A DNA stretch of 30,088 nt. It comes from Caecitellus pseudoparvulus (taxonomy: Eukaryota > Protista > Bigyra: Bicosoecida). The DNA is taken from contig CBFFRQ010000159.1 of the NCBI GenBank assembly GCA_965644315.1, positions 1 to 30,088 on the forward strand, written 5' to 3'. The notes beneath the pieces were generated by a model. The model was given only the letters and a program-made list of their open reading frames with translations, made no database searches and was not told the origin of the DNA. Position 1 is the first letter of the stretch, and every line of letters starts with the position of its first letter. Position numbers and translations under genes: made by a program. Of the stretch, positions 27,864 to 30,088 are shown one piece after another.

Positions 27864-29969
27864 TCAGGCGCGGGACTTGCTGCTGCGTTTCTTCACATTA
27901 TCACGGGACTGCATGGCGGCCTTGGCTCGCGCCTTGGCCAGCGTGGAGGGTGCTTCACGGAACGAGTGGATGCTCATGTCGCCTGCAAATGCACCAGGGC
28001 CTGGCGTTTCGGCTGCTTCGCGCTGCTCACGAGTCAACCCGCTTCGCGCAGGTGCGCTGCCGAAGCCATACGCTGGCGCGCTGCGATGTGTAACTTGGCG
28101 ACCAAACATGGACTGAGTGCTGGATCCTTGGCTGCGCTCTCGGAGGGCGGCCACCTGTGCCTCTTCGTCAGCGGTAGCCGGCTTTGCCGGCGTTTCCCGT
28201 GCCTTGCCACCAAGGGAGAACGCAGGGGCAGCAGGCTTCACAGGCGACATGTCAGGCTGGTATGTGCCCGGCCCAGGGGACTCTTCTGAAGGGCGTGCTT
28301 TCCATGTGGACAGTGCTGCCGCACGTTTCTGCTGGGCCCCTGCCGCGCCTTTGAGTTTGCGAGGGGCTCGTGCGCGTGTTGAGCGTTGCTTGTCCTGCGC
28401 ACGCCCCCGACTCGTGGTGCTGGGCGAGAGACCGAAACGAGCCGAAGGCACATTCCGCCGCCGTGCTGCGACTGGATCAGGAATCCCGTATGCGCCTGGC
28501 GCCGGAGTGTCCAGCACGTCTCTCGCGAGGCGTTGGTTGCGCACGCCAGTGAACGCTGTGCGACTGCGCAGCACTGGGCCGCCGCCCCCACCCAGAGTGC
28601 TTGGTGTTGGCGTGTACGCGGCGGGACCAGGGCTGTCGCTGCGAGCAGTTCGCGCTGTGGCCGGTTTTGTGCCAAACGAATACGCAGGCGCCGCCCGCCC
28701 CACCGCAGCACCGGAACGGCCCCCGCCCTTCTTCAGCGCATCCCTGCGTGCCTCTGCAGCCTGCAGCTTGTTCTTAATGCTTTCTTCGGCCTGCAGCGCG
28801 GCTTTCGGGTCTGAGCGGGACAGGGCTGCTCGTGAATGTGACTTGGCAGGTTTGCCGAAGCTTGTGCCTGGCGGGTTCCGGGCCTGAGACACTGCCGTGC
28901 GAGCTCGAGCTGATTTTGGTCCCGAAATGCCGCCTCTCTCGCCTTGGTAGTCCAAGGGGCTTGGCGTGTGGAAGGCGGTAGAGCTTGCAGAGCCTCCCCG
29001 CCGCCCGCCACCAAAACTGAACCCTGGCGCCGTTCGACGGCCTGACGTGAGCTGCCTGCCCAGGGATTGGAATGGTGCCAAAGACACATCCCCTTCAAGG
29101 GGCAGCACCGCCCTACGTGCTGCCTCTTCCTCAGCTGCGCGCTCTGCCGCCCGCACCGTCGCAGCGGCAGGCAGCGACGGTGACTTGCGCCCAAAGCTAA
29201 AGCCTGGTGCGGTCGGCCGTGTCAGGGCGAGACCAGCCGCTGCATCGTACTGCACCGGCGACGGAGCTCCGCCACTGTCCATGCCTGCCTTCACTTTAGG
29301 TCCGCGTGATGTAGAGTCCTTGAATCGTGCCGACTGTGAGAAGCCATAGGCTGGAGCAGACGGGATCAGCCCCGTCACTCGCCGAGCACCAATGACTGCA
29401 GCACCATCTTGGGAATATGCGCCAGGACCCGGTGCTTCGTCTGCGCTGGCACGTCCTGCTGAGCTCCTGGTCACACCATCGCCGTGAAAGCCCTGTGAGA
29501 AGGCACGACAATCCTGTTGCATGCGACGGTCGCTGCGGTTTCACCATTTGACGCCCCTACCCACCCTTGGCCTCCCAGACAGCGAGAACGCCGCACTGGA
29601 TGCATGACGAGAATTCGCTTGCTTTCCAAGTCCACTCGTTGAGCCAGCATACTCTGCAGGGCCCGGGGTGCCTCGGGCTCCAGCATCACTTGGCAGCCGA
29701 CTGGCCTTGCCAAACGAGAGCTGAGAAGGCCGACAGGAGCCCGCGAGTGAAGGAGCAGGCAAGCACAGCTCAGAAGCAGGCTGCACACGTACCTTGGGCA
29801 TGGCATGCTGGTGGCTGACTACTGCGCTGCCTGGGTCTCCCCGCACCTCATAATTCCCCGGCCCAGGTCCAAGCTCCGCGTTGGAACGAGGCCCACTCGT
29901 CCGGCTGCCAAATGAGAAGCTGGGCGCCGATGCCCGGGCTGAAGACACCTGTACCCCTAGCCCCGACAT
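27864..29969 (-). CDS. SHIPPO/ODF3-like PGPGxY-repeat ciliary protein (introns 29721-29792 and about 29514-29564)
   Basis: Many PGPG(N/A/T)Y and AP.(F/Y)SFG repeats; two ORF-track segments are joined by phase-0 GT-AG introns. Confidence 0.85.
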
Positions 29970-30088
29970 TCTGACATCTAATCGGGTCGCTGGAACACTT
30001 CATTGAAAAGCTGGGTTGGGAATTTTGCCGGCCGTCGGGATTGTGCGAATGCTTGACACTTTGCCGCCGTGAGTTAAGCTACAGATCA

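Overview
Eukaryotic (protist) genomic window with three compositionally distinct blocks. (1) 1-8432 is a very AT-rich, intronless endogenous virus segment with the replication/integration gene set of mavirus-like virophages (EMALE type): SF3/D5-like helicase, protein-primed DNA polymerase B, rve integrase with a C-terminal chromodomain, GIY-YIG endonuclease and several small ORFans. Eight ORFs share an upstream motif (TRACYTAARRATAA, 32-39 nt before an ATG). No capsid, penton, packaging ATPase or protease gene is recognisable. (2) 8433-12975 is an intermediate-GC, two-ORF DNA transposon of the PIF/Harbinger/ISL2EU (DDE_Tnp_4) group, bounded by TIRs with a perfect 24-bp core. It cuts a viral ORF on its left, abuts host DNA on its right and has no target-site duplication, so the rest of the virophage appears to have been removed at this transposon. 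(3) 12976-30088 is GC-rich, gene-dense host DNA with short GT-AG introns, compatible with a Cafeteria-like heterotrophic stramenopile (inferred, not proven). It encodes NADP-isocitrate dehydrogenase, a conserved hypothetical protein, a cytochrome b561, two tandem paralogous multi-TM proteins hidden by introns, a signal-peptide SET-like protein, a TFIIIC subunit 6-like protein, an Ala-rich coiled-coil protein, a CELF/Bruno RRM protein and a SHIPPO/ODF3-repeat protein. All calls are by motif recognition; no database searches were run.
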